Positions 46,266 through 54,850 of a stretch of 64,000 nt of DNA are shown here, piece by piece; within the stretch, counting starts at the first letter, position 1; each line of letters starts with the position of its first letter. The notes beneath the pieces are model-generated. The model ran no database searches. It had not been told where the DNA came from and was given only the letters and a program-made list of their open reading frames with translations. This DNA is from Candidatus Sulfopaludibacter sp. SbA3 (GTDB lineage Bacteria; Acidobacteriota; Terriglobia; 20CM-2-55-15). The stretch is taken from positions 30,308 through 94,307 of the forward strand of contig CAMBFR010000002.1 of assembly GCA_945865815.1 (NCBI GenBank), read 5' to 3'. Made by a program: the position numbers and the translations under genes.

Positions 46266-46969
46266 CCCAATCCCCGCTGCCGGAGCGCATCTCGACAGGT
46301 AGCCAGATCACTGAGCTTATGCACGTCGGAACCGACTGATACGATGGGATTGACCTGTCTGCAAATGGTCAGAAACTCGTCCAGCCTGCGTGTGTACGAG
46401 GTATTGATCTCAATTGCGATTCCACGCTCGAGGGACGCCTGCATCAGCATTTCGAAATAACTTGCTGGAAACTCTCCAAAGGCTGCCTGACACATTCCTC
46501 CGGGATGGGAGAGCACGTCAATCGGAGCGTTTTTCAGTAGTGCCATCGCAAGCGCGAGTTCCCGCCGAGCTGCTTCTTCGTACCTGAACTCCCTGGCCGG
46601 AAGGAATTTTCCGTCTACGGTCGGAAATCGATGAACGCTGCCGAGCACGATCTCCGATTCGGCCAAAACGCCGGATGATGCGTCGAGCGTTCCATTTTCG
46701 TCCTCAACCTTCGCCTCAATCCCGACGTAGACACGCACGTTCGTGGTCTTCCTCGACTCGCGCACTTCAGCGGCGAAACCCTGAAAGTAAGCGCTCTCCT
46801 TCCGGACATGTTCCGTGAAAGCGATCTCCCCGAGTTCCAAGACTTCCGCACGACTGATTATTTCAGCGATTGTGGCCTGCCCGTCCGTGGCCGTTGTATG
46901 GATTTGAAGGTCCCGGTTCACATGTTCCGGACGGAGTTCGTTGAAGCGGACAAAGGGAGGCCGCGTCAT
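46256..46969 (-). CDS. PHP-domain (histidinol-phosphatase-like) metal-dependent phosphoesterase
   Basis: DLQIHTTATDGQATIAEII...AFTEH has the PHP motif I/II histidines. C-terminal GSDVH. Confidence 0.65.
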   Translation of the reverse strand: MTRPPFVRFNELRPEHVNRDLQIHTTATDGQATIAEIISRAEVLELGEIAFTEHVRKESAYFQGFAAEVRESRKTTNVRVYVGIEAKVEDENGTLDASSGVLAESEIVLGSVHRFPTVDGKFLPAREFRYEEAARRELALAMALLKNAPIDVLSHPGGMCQAAFGEFPASYFEMLMQASLERGIAIEINTSYTRRLDEFLTICRQVNPIVSVGSDVHKLSDLATCRDALRQRGLGCQ

Positions 46970-48150
46970 GCCGGCGCGGCCTCCGAAATGACACCTGTTT
47001 GAAACCAGATGAATTTCTTCCGCACAAGGTCCGGCATGTTGTCGATTGCGGCGAGACGGTGCACAATTCGTTCTGCGGCATGACCGTCACCATACGCATT
47101 CTTCAGCTCATCCAGACTCCTGCGGAAGTCCGCACTGAGAGCGCGTCGCAAGCCAGCGGCAATATCGTCCACGCTGTATCCTGAATGAATCACGTTACCC
47201 ATGCACACACGGCCCGCCTGGCGCGTTCCGATATTCACGACCGGCAGTTTGAACGATGGTGCTTCAACCAACCCGCTCGATGAATTCCCGACCATTACCG
47301 AAACCACGCTCATAAGGTTGAGATAGCCGCTCTGCCCCGCGTTGACGATGACGTGCCGATCGGCGCGGCCACTGCAAAAGAGTTCGATTGCCTCGATTAC
47401 CTGACGCCCTGCCGTGTCTGCGTTTGGATAAGTGAAAAGACATTGGACTCCGCTCTTGTCCAATGCAGCCAACAGGTTGTTGATTTGCTCTGACGTCCGG
47501 TCGTACTCGAGCGTTACTGGATGGTAGGTCACCAACGCGACCGGCTGCGCCAGGTCGAAACCAAAGCGCCGGGCTGTTTCTTCCGCGGATGCCAGGCTGG
47601 CATTTCGACAATTATCGATTGCGAGGGCGCCCGAGACTATCACTCGCCATGGCTCCTCCCCCATCTGCAGAACTCTCCTGCCATACTCCTCCATCGCTAC
47701 AAAGTGGAGGTGGCTGAGTTTGGTGAGACTGTGCCGGAGTGCGTCATCGATCGCACCCTCCGTAATTTCTCCGCCCGCGATATGGGCAACCGGAATCCGG
47801 AATGGGAGCGCGGCAAGCGCAGCTGGAAACATATCGAAGCGATCACCGAGCACCACGAGCACGCTGGGGCGCCACCGTGCAAACAACCGCGCAAAACCGG
47901 CCACGCCATTGGCGATGGATCTGGCAACGCTCTCCGGCGTGTCTTCATCTACAAGGCTCTCGATGCGCTCGTGGATGCGAAAGCCCGCAGCCTCGATTTC
48001 TTCCACGGTCATCCCAAACCTTGGAGAAAGATGGGATCCGGTCGCGATTATTTCTAGTTCGAGTTCTGGATGTGCCTCGATGGCGGTAATCAACGGCATG
48101 TACAGACCGAAGTCGGACCGGGCACACGTAACGACCCCGACCGTAATCAC
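46966..48150 (-). CDS. neuC: UDP-N-acetylglucosamine 2-epimerase (hydrolysing), NeuC/LegG family
   Basis: MITVGVVTCARSDFGLYMPLITAIEAHPELELEIIATGSHLSPRFGMT and VLGDRFDMFPAALAAL are NeuC signatures. Confidence 0.85.
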   Translation of the reverse strand: MITVGVVTCARSDFGLYMPLITAIEAHPELELEIIATGSHLSPRFGMTVEEIEAAGFRIHERIESLVDEDTPESVARSIANGVAGFARLFARWRPSVLVVLGDRFDMFPAALAALPFRIPVAHIAGGEITEGAIDDALRHSLTKLSHLHFVAMEEYGRRVLQMGEEPWRVIVSGALAIDNCRNASLASAEETARRFGFDLAQPVALVTYHPVTLEYDRTSEQINNLLAALDKSGVQCLFTYPNADTAGRQVIEAIELFCSGRADRHVIVNAGQSGYLNLMSVVSVMVGNSSSGLVEAPSFKLPVVNIGTRQAGRVCMGNVIHSGYSVDDIAAGLRRALSADFRRSLDELKNAYGDGHAAERIVHRLAAIDNMPDLVRKKFIWFQTGVISEAAPA

Positions 48151-49196
48151 AGGAACATCTCAAGAGTCAGCAATGTTCCCGACGGGATTTCCATTTTCGC
48201 CCTTCGGCCTATGATCAGCGATCGAACTGCCGGCTGCAAACCCGTGCCCGGACGTTTGATTGCAATTACTTCCTCCGTTATGACGCTCCCCAGGGGAATG
48301 TCCCGCGCAGCCACAAGACTTCTGCGTGCCACTGCAGCCGTTTCGGCCTCACTCGCTGCGGGCTCCTTACGTCCATTGCCCAGCGCCTGCTCCACCTTTC
48401 GAACACCACGCACAAGCGCGCCCAGTTCAGCCGGCTCGAGTGACGCGCCATGGTCCGGACCCGGAAGACTTCTATCCAGAGTGAAGTGCTTCTCAATGAT
48501 CGATGCGCCGAGCGCAACCGCGCCAAGCGCGATTTCGATACCGAGCGTGTGATCCGAGTATCCGACGGGTACGCCAAATGCCTGCTGCATCGTGAGCATC
48601 GCTCGCAAGTTGACGTCGGAAGGACTTGCAGGGTAGTTGGAAACGCAATGCAGCAGCGCCAAATCAGCAGCGCCGGAAGACCTCAATACGCGGAGAGCCT
48701 CGTCCACTTCCGCAAGATAAGACATGCCGGTGGAAAGTATGATGGGCTTGCCTGTCCGTCCGACGTAATCGAGAAAAGGATGATTAACAACCTCGCCGGA
48801 TGGAATCTTAAAGGCGGGAACGTCAAGCTTCGCCAAGTAATCGACAGCGTCAAAATCGAAGGGCGTCGACAGAAACATGATTCCCGACTGGTCGCAGTAC
48901 CGTTTAAGCCTTCCAAACTCCTCGAATGGGAGTTCAAGACGCTTGACCATGGCAAACTGAGACTCTTCGTCGCCTGTTGTTTGTCTTTGATAATCGGCCT
49001 TTGGCGCCGAAGGCACCATCACGCCTTCTGTCCGGAAGGTCTGGAACTTGACGGCATCAGCACCGGCTTCTTTCGCCGCGTCCACAAGCTTTCGAGCCAG
49101 TTCGGGATTGCCGTTGTGATTTACGCCGGCCTCGGCGATCAGGAAACAAGGCTGTCCCTGGCCGATGACTCGCGTTCCAATGCGCATCGTACTCAC
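48147..49196 (-). CDS. neuB: N-acetylneuraminate/legionaminate synthase family protein with C-terminal SAF domain
   Basis: CFLIAEAGVNHNGNPELARKLVDAAKEAGADAVKFQTF. Full length of 349 aa with a C-terminal antifreeze-like (SAF) region ...IKRPGTGLQP. Confidence 0.88.
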   Translation of the reverse strand: MSTMRIGTRVIGQGQPCFLIAEAGVNHNGNPELARKLVDAAKEAGADAVKFQTFRTEGVMVPSAPKADYQRQTTGDEESQFAMVKRLELPFEEFGRLKRYCDQSGIMFLSTPFDFDAVDYLAKLDVPAFKIPSGEVVNHPFLDYVGRTGKPIILSTGMSYLAEVDEALRVLRSSGAADLALLHCVSNYPASPSDVNLRAMLTMQQAFGVPVGYSDHTLGIEIALGAVALGASIIEKHFTLDRSLPGPDHGASLEPAELGALVRGVRKVEQALGNGRKEPAASEAETAAVARRSLVAARDIPLGSVITEEVIAIKRPGTGLQPAVRSLIIGRRAKMEIPSGTLLTLEMFL

Positions 49197-50449
49197 GATT
49201 TACCGACCGCCTCCGCTTCCCACGACGCTGGCGTATAGGAAGTGCCTTCATATGCGCGCCACAATTTACAAGGAACATTACGACCCTGAAGGTATCGGTA
49301 AATTTCCTCCTGGAACGCGTAGGGCACAACAATGATGTCGGAATACATGCTGTAGTCAGTGCCCTCAGAACCAGACACTGTTGCGTTGACGCCAGCCACC
49401 TCACGCGACCATTTGGCCGAATCCGAGTCGATCACTCCAAATCGATTGCGCCGCTCTTCAGGCAAAAGCGCATTGATGTTGCACAGACCAAGACATGCAC
49501 CATACATGGCAACTCCGGCCTGGCTTTTCCGTATGATGTCCTTAATGCGCCGCTGGCGCACATGGCCCTTCGATATGAATGCCTGAAGCGTTCCTGAAGG
49601 GCCGGGTTCGGATTGAGAGCCCATGCGGGCCGGGAATTCGCGCCTTGCATGAATGATAATCTCCATTCGATTGTGAATGATGCGTTGAACACGCAGGCCG
49701 GCGCCCTCACAGATCAAAGTAAGATTCGCGGGGGTGAAATAATTGAGGTGTTCGTGCGCAAACATCCCCAGGTCTCCATCCATCAGGCCTGCTTCTCCAT
49801 TCGGCATCTCAGCTATGAAGTCCCCGCCGGGCATCAACAACTCTGCCGCAGCGGCAACCACGCTGTGTACATTGCTGAGGTGCTCGAGCACGCCAAAGGA
49901 ATAAATCAGGTCGAAGTGCTCTGAAAACTCACGGGCTTTGCTCACTCCGAAATAATCTCGTACAACCGTTGCGCCGTTAGGAGTCTCGTCAATTGCAGAT
50001 GATGGCTCGAAACCCACTGCCACCTTCGCACCCCTAATCTTCCATTCGTCGATAAGAAATCCGCTGCCGCAACCAATTTCAAGCACACACGCCGGATCCA
50101 GACCTTTCAATACCTCTCGGAGTTGCATGACGACCTGCGCGCCCCAACCTTTACTTCCCGCAGCAGCGGAAGGGTTGTTGATGCCGGCCGTCGAGTAGAT
50201 GAATTGCAGGACTTCAGCGATCTCGCTGGAAGGCGGTTGCTGCACCAATCGACACTTCTCGCACTCCACCAACCGTGATGGAAAGTTGCGCCCGCGAAGC
50301 ACCTTCTCGGCTACTTCGGATTTGATGCCGTACCAGAATGAGAGAGGGCCAAGGTCGGCGACATGCGAAGAAACCTGCGTCGCGCCGCATCCGTTGCACG
50401 TAAAAGCAACTGGCTCGTTGACAATCCGCATTTCCGCGCCGCCTACCAC
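49193..50449 (-). CDS. zinc-ribbon + class I SAM-dependent methyltransferase (sugar C-/N-methyltransferase-like, Methyltransf_13/14 architecture)
   Basis: N-terminal CNGCG...CEKC zinc-binding pairs. VLEIGCGSGFL motif I. C-terminal domain as in TylC3/TcaB9-type sugar methyltransferases. Confidence 0.6.
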   Translation of the reverse strand: MVGGAEMRIVNEPVAFTCNGCGATQVSSHVADLGPLSFWYGIKSEVAEKVLRGRNFPSRLVECEKCRLVQQPPSSEIAEVLQFIYSTAGINNPSAAAGSKGWGAQVVMQLREVLKGLDPACVLEIGCGSGFLIDEWKIRGAKVAVGFEPSSAIDETPNGATVVRDYFGVSKAREFSEHFDLIYSFGVLEHLSNVHSVVAAAAELLMPGGDFIAEMPNGEAGLMDGDLGMFAHEHLNYFTPANLTLICEGAGLRVQRIIHNRMEIIIHARREFPARMGSQSEPGPSGTLQAFISKGHVRQRRIKDIIRKSQAGVAMYGACLGLCNINALLPEERRNRFGVIDSDSAKWSREVAGVNATVSGSEGTDYSMYSDIIVVPYAFQEEIYRYLQGRNVPCKLWRAYEGTSYTPASWEAEAVGKS

Positions 50450-51273
50450 GCGGTCCAGCCGCCATCCACGACGAGGTTGTGTCCCGTAACATACAATGAA
50501 AGATCACTCGCTAAATACGCCACTGCGCCTTTCAAATCCTCTTCCGTTGCCATGCGAGCCATTGGCGTCCTTGCGGCATACCGATCGTGGAATGATTCCG
50601 GTTGCCGGCGCCATACTCCACCGGGCGTGATGGCATTTACACGAACGCCGGGAGCAAGCGTCGTGGCCAGATACCTGGTAAGTTGAAGTAAGCCTGCTTT
50701 CGAAGCGCCGTAGGCCGCAGGATTTCCCATGCTCGTTCCTTCGTACAGTCTGAGATCTGGCCCAGCGACTCCATAAATCGACGAGAACAAAATAATGGAG
50801 CCGTGGCCGGAATCCAACAGCGGTTGTCTCGCTGCCTGGACCATTACAAACGCGGATGTGAGATTGACCCTTAGTGCTGCGTCCCAGGCTTGTACTGTCT
50901 GGTCCTCAAATGGAACAGCCCACCCTGGAATTTGTGTAGTGCCGACATAAGCTGCGCCGTGGATCAGAATGTCCAATCCCCCAAGGCGCTCAATGGCGTC
51001 CTTAATCGATGCGCGTGTCGCTGTTTCATCGGCCAAATCGCAGACTGCGGAAAAGGCCCGTTGCTGGCCGTAACGCTCGGAGAGCTCCGCCGTCCGCTGT
51101 TCGCATGCCTGGGCGTCAACGTCCAGAATGACAACGGTCGCGCCAAGTTCGAGCAATGTTTCATCGATCGCCAGTCCGATGTGGCCGGCTCCGCCCGTCA
51201 CTATGGCTCTTCGCCCTTTCAGTTGGGCCAGCTCGCTGATAGAGCGCATTGTCACTGCGGATTCTCCAGCCAT
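50443..51273 (-). CDS. SDR family oxidoreductase
   Basis: Probable start at internal MAGESAVTM or MRSIS (51273 or 51249). The listed ORF reaches 51396 but overlaps neuA by 145 nt. AIVTGGAGHIGLAI and YGASKAG. Confidence 0.8.
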   Translation of the reverse strand: MAGESAVTMRSISELAQLKGRRAIVTGGAGHIGLAIDETLLELGATVVILDVDAQACEQRTAELSERYGQQRAFSAVCDLADETATRASIKDAIERLGGLDILIHGAAYVGTTQIPGWAVPFEDQTVQAWDAALRVNLTSAFVMVQAARQPLLDSGHGSIILFSSIYGVAGPDLRLYEGTSMGNPAAYGASKAGLLQLTRYLATTLAPGVRVNAITPGGVWRRQPESFHDRYAARTPMARMATEEDLKGAVAYLASDLSLYVTGHNLVVDGGWTAW

Positions 51274-51995
51274 CGAAAAGCAACTAATCCAGACTGCACC
51301 AAGAGCTCCGAGCGCCTGAATTCGTCCATTGTGTCGATGGACATCGCTCTCGCTTCTGGAATCTCGTGAATAAGGTGTTTTCCGCTCTCCCGCCACGAAT
51401 TCCGGACGGTCCGCACAAACTCCGCCCGCCAGACATAAAGAGAGCCATTAATGCGATAGATTGCGGGAACATCCTGCCGCCGCGCGAACTTGCCTGCGCC
51501 ATCGAAAAGGTCATCCATCCACCCATCCGTCTCAATCACACAGTTCCATAGAGGATTGAAATCCGGCTTGGACACACTTACAACGCCATTCGCAGCAGGA
51601 TTGCGCTTCAACCGATCGAGCGCCTGAGCAACATCACTCGGTTCCCGTCCCGGAGAAGTCGGATCCAATAGCACAACGAACTGAAATGAAACTTCCTGGC
51701 TATTCTCGATTGCCGACAGCGCGTGTTGCACCACCGGCATCATTGGCGTATCGTCTTGCGCTAATGAGGCCGGACGCAGGAACGGGATATCCGCATCGAA
51801 CTGCCGTGCCACTGCGGCAATCTCGGCAGAATCCGTCGAAACGACGATGCGATCGATCTCCGGACACATTCTTGCAAAGAGAATCGAGTGGGCAATCAAG
51901 GGCAGGCCCGCGAAAGACCTGATATTCTTGCCTGGTAGTCCCTTAGAGCCACCCCGCGCCGGAATTACTGCCAACACTTCGGAACGGGATTTCAT
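51252..51995 (-). CDS. neuA: acylneuraminate cytidylyltransferase (CMP-nonulosonic acid synthetase)
   Basis: Probable start MKSRSEVLAVIPARGGSKGLPGKNI at 51995, forming an ATGA overlap with the upstream stop. This is the canonical NeuA N-terminus. Confidence 0.85.
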   Translation of the reverse strand: MKSRSEVLAVIPARGGSKGLPGKNIRSFAGLPLIAHSILFARMCPEIDRIVVSTDSAEIAAVARQFDADIPFLRPASLAQDDTPMMPVVQHALSAIENSQEVSFQFVVLLDPTSPGREPSDVAQALDRLKRNPAANGVVSVSKPDFNPLWNCVIETDGWMDDLFDGAGKFARRQDVPAIYRINGSLYVWRAEFVRTVRNSWRESGKHLIHEIPEARAMSIDTMDEFRRSELLVQSGLVAFRWLENPQ

Positions 51996-52987
51996 TGTTC
52001 GACCTTTTCTTCTCTTCGATGCGATGACGCAAGGCGTGCTGCATCGCACACGGCAAGAGCCGTCACGCCCTCGCGCCCCGTCGTCAGACGCTCATCGTTG
52101 ACTCCCGCGACTGCATTAAGGAAGGCTGCGTCCTGAGACGACAACATCTCAGTTCGAGTCTGAGCGGAACGAATGATCTCCTGCGGTGCATCGGCCAGCT
52201 TGAGCGTAACGGTTTGTTCTATTCCGTTCCACTCCAACGTGCCGCGCTCGCCAAGGGCACGGACCAAGCGCCGAGGGGCCCTCGTCAGATAGTCGAGACC
52301 GACAGAAACAATACAGTGCTGAGCCGTCTCCCAACTCAGTTCAGCCACTTCATCCGAATGTATGCCCAGTCTTCCAAGGTTGTGAACTCGGGCCAACACG
52401 GTGGTGGGCCATCCGAAAAGCCAACCTGCATAATCGATCTCGTGAATGAGATCGCGCAGTACACCGCCTTCACCGGCGCATGCGGAATAAGATTCCCGGA
52501 AAGGACGCGCAGGCCGCCAGTCCGGCAGATACGATTGACACTCGATTCGAACGGAGTGGAGTTCCCCAACCGCGGCTATAAGTGTCCGGAACGTGTTGAG
52601 TGATTCGGAAAATCGAAGGACGCAACCGACAAACAGCTTTCTACGGCGCTCCCGGGCGCAAGCATCGATCGCTGCTGCTTCACTCGAATCAATGGCCAGA
52701 GGTTTCTCTACGAGGACGTCAAGGTCATGCGCCATCGCAAGGAGAGAATCTTGCTTGTGGCGCCCTGTGTTTGTGGCGATGATGCAAGCCGTGACTCCCG
52801 AATCCACTGCCTCCTGAAGGTTCGGCGCAACATCAAATCCTGCAGATCGAAGTTCGGCGACCCGGTCCTGTCGCGCGGGTATCGCAAAGGTCTTGACGGA
52901 ATCCATGGCACGCAAGGCTTCCAGGTGCCGCATTCCGGCGCTGCCTGTACCAAGAACCGCGATACATTTTGCAGGCACACTGCTCAC
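51992..52987 (-). CDS. Gfo/Idh/MocA family oxidoreductase
   Basis: Probable GTG start at 52987 (GTGA overlap with upstream SDR stop). The sequence then reads VSSVPAKCIAVLGTGSAGMRHLEAL...VLVEKP. The listed ATG at 53185 would overlap the SDR by 202 nt. Confidence 0.65.
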   Translation of the reverse strand: MSSVPAKCIAVLGTGSAGMRHLEALRAMDSVKTFAIPARQDRVAELRSAGFDVAPNLQEAVDSGVTACIIATNTGRHKQDSLLAMAHDLDVLVEKPLAIDSSEAAAIDACARERRRKLFVGCVLRFSESLNTFRTLIAAVGELHSVRIECQSYLPDWRPARPFRESYSACAGEGGVLRDLIHEIDYAGWLFGWPTTVLARVHNLGRLGIHSDEVAELSWETAQHCIVSVGLDYLTRAPRRLVRALGERGTLEWNGIEQTVTLKLADAPQEIIRSAQTRTEMLSSQDAAFLNAVAGVNDERLTTGREGVTALAVCDAARLASSHRREEKVEQ

Positions 52988-53688
52988 AGAACTCCGCCAT
53001 TGATATCTATCACGGTGCCGTTGATGTATGAGGCCTGTTCGCTGGCGAGGAACCCAATTGTTTCGGCTACTTCTCCTGGCTCTGCAAGGCGGCCCAGAGG
53101 ATTGCCTGCGGCCAGTTGCTTCAGGTCGGCCCCAGCCACAGCAGCCGTAAGCATTTCGGAAAGTGTCTGAGATGGCGCGACACAATTGATATTTATGCCG
53201 TCCCTCCCGAATTCCGCGGCGAGTTGCCGGGTGAGGCCAACAACACCGTATTTCGAACAGGTGTATGCCACCGAAGCGGTGCGGCTATAACTACGGGCTG
53301 CGACAGAAGCGGTGTTGATAATTCGGCCGTACCTTTGAGCGCGCATGTAGGGAATGGCATGTTTGCAGCAGAAATATGTCCCAATCAGATTCGTCCTGAG
53401 TACGGACTCCCAATCTCCCAGGCCAAGACTTAAGGCATCGCCAGGCGTCGCAATCCCGGCACAGTTCACCAGAATGTCAATACGGCCATGTGTGGTGGCA
53501 ACTTCGGCGAATACACGCGATATGGAGTCTTCGTCGCGTACATCGCACCGGCGCGTTTCGTTCGATTCCTCAACGTGCCGGGAGATACCGATTGAAAGAA
53601 TGTTCCTGCTCGCCAGGAGCTTTGCAGTGGCGTTTCCGATGCCACGCGACGCGCCGGTGATGATTGCGACCCGGCGGTCACTCGACAT
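52984..53688 (-). CDS. SDR family oxidoreductase
   Basis: VAIITGASRGIGNATAKLLA, NCAG and YTCSKYG. Confidence 0.85.
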   Translation of the reverse strand: MSSDRRVAIITGASRGIGNATAKLLASRNILSIGISRHVEESNETRRCDVRDEDSISRVFAEVATTHGRIDILVNCAGIATPGDALSLGLGDWESVLRTNLIGTYFCCKHAIPYMRAQRYGRIINTASVAARSYSRTASVAYTCSKYGVVGLTRQLAAEFGRDGININCVAPSQTLSEMLTAAVAGADLKQLAAGNPLGRLAEPGEVAETIGFLASEQASYINGTVIDINGGVL

Positions 53689-54850
53689 AGACGTGCTCCA
53701 TGTCTCTCGCGCCGCACGCCAGGCGGATACCCGGCTCTTTGCTGACGCAGACTATGCTGTGGATCGTCCCACGCGGCAGAAAAACAACATCGGAAGGGCC
53801 GGCCCGGACCACTTCGCCTTCTGCCAACCTCCACTCGAAGGTTCCCTCAAGAACAATCCACCATTCGTCATGGGTTACGTGGCAGTGCTTTCTGGCGCCT
53901 TCGCCGGGCTCCTGGCAAATCAGGGCCGTCTGGTCAGTCCCTGTGTAAACAAGCAGGTAGAGCCACGGAGCCTTCCCCATCTTCCGTTTGATTTCGTCGA
54001 GATTTCGAAACCGCAGGTTGGCTTCCGACCCTTCAAACCGGACGACTCCATCGCGACTGATCAGATCCTTAAGATCGTTTTCAATTCCCACGACGCTGTC
54101 ATCGAACCGGTGTTTTCCAACGGCTCCGGTTTGCCGCCGGTGCTGCAGGGAAGCTTCGATGAGATAGAGGTCATCCCAGGTATCAGCGTCCAGCGCCTGT
54201 ATCCGATCCATCGGAAACACGCCGGTCTTGCCGCAGAATGTGGGACCATTCTCGGCAGGATCGTCGCGCAGATAAGACTGCATAAACGAGGATGTCTTCC
54301 ACCCGCTCAATGCCCACGTGATCATTTGAAGTGGCTGAAGAGTCTGCGTGGGCGTCTTCCTGGAGTAGGAGAAGTTCAGAGGCTTTCCATCAATTAAAGT
54401 CTCGGTGAAGCGTTCCTCGACGGAAAACAGAGAATCATATTCGTCCTTTTCAAGCGTCTGCATGAATTCTCTGATCGTCGACTCGCGAATCAGGGGGGAC
54501 GTCGTGTGCACCAACGCAAGATGGCAAGGTTCAAGAGTCTGCATGAAATCGAACAAAAAATGGTCGTGGGTCTGGCATCGGGCACTTTCACACTGTCGTG
54601 ACTTGCTTTTCATCACGCAGGCCGAACCCCCACGCTCCGGGCTTCGGCGGTAGAACTTCACGCCGAGCATACCTGCCATCTTTTCAAAGATGTCGTGTTC
54701 AGAGTTGATATAGATTTCATCGAATATTCCGGATTGTTTGCAGGCGCGGCCAACGTAAAAGGCCATCGGCCAACCGTCTACCAGAAGCAGATTTTTATCG
54801 GGAATTCTTGTGCTTCCCAAAAGAACCGGGATCATCGCGATCTTTTTCAT
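53678..54850 (-). CDS. fusion: NeuA/KdsB-like cytidylyltransferase (N-term) + cupin domain (C-term)
   Basis: Probable start MKKIAMIPVLLGSTRIPDKNLL at 54850 (ATGA overlap). C-terminal HCHVTHDEWWIVLEGTFEWRLAEGEVVRAGPSDVVFLPRGTIHSI is a two-His cupin motif. Confidence 0.65.
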   Translation of the reverse strand: MKKIAMIPVLLGSTRIPDKNLLLVDGWPMAFYVGRACKQSGIFDEIYINSEHDIFEKMAGMLGVKFYRRSPERGGSACVMKSKSRQCESARCQTHDHFLFDFMQTLEPCHLALVHTTSPLIRESTIREFMQTLEKDEYDSLFSVEERFTETLIDGKPLNFSYSRKTPTQTLQPLQMITWALSGWKTSSFMQSYLRDDPAENGPTFCGKTGVFPMDRIQALDADTWDDLYLIEASLQHRRQTGAVGKHRFDDSVVGIENDLKDLISRDGVVRFEGSEANLRFRNLDEIKRKMGKAPWLYLLVYTGTDQTALICQEPGEGARKHCHVTHDEWWIVLEGTFEWRLAEGEVVRAGPSDVVFLPRGTIHSIVCVSKEPGIRLACGARDMEHVYVE

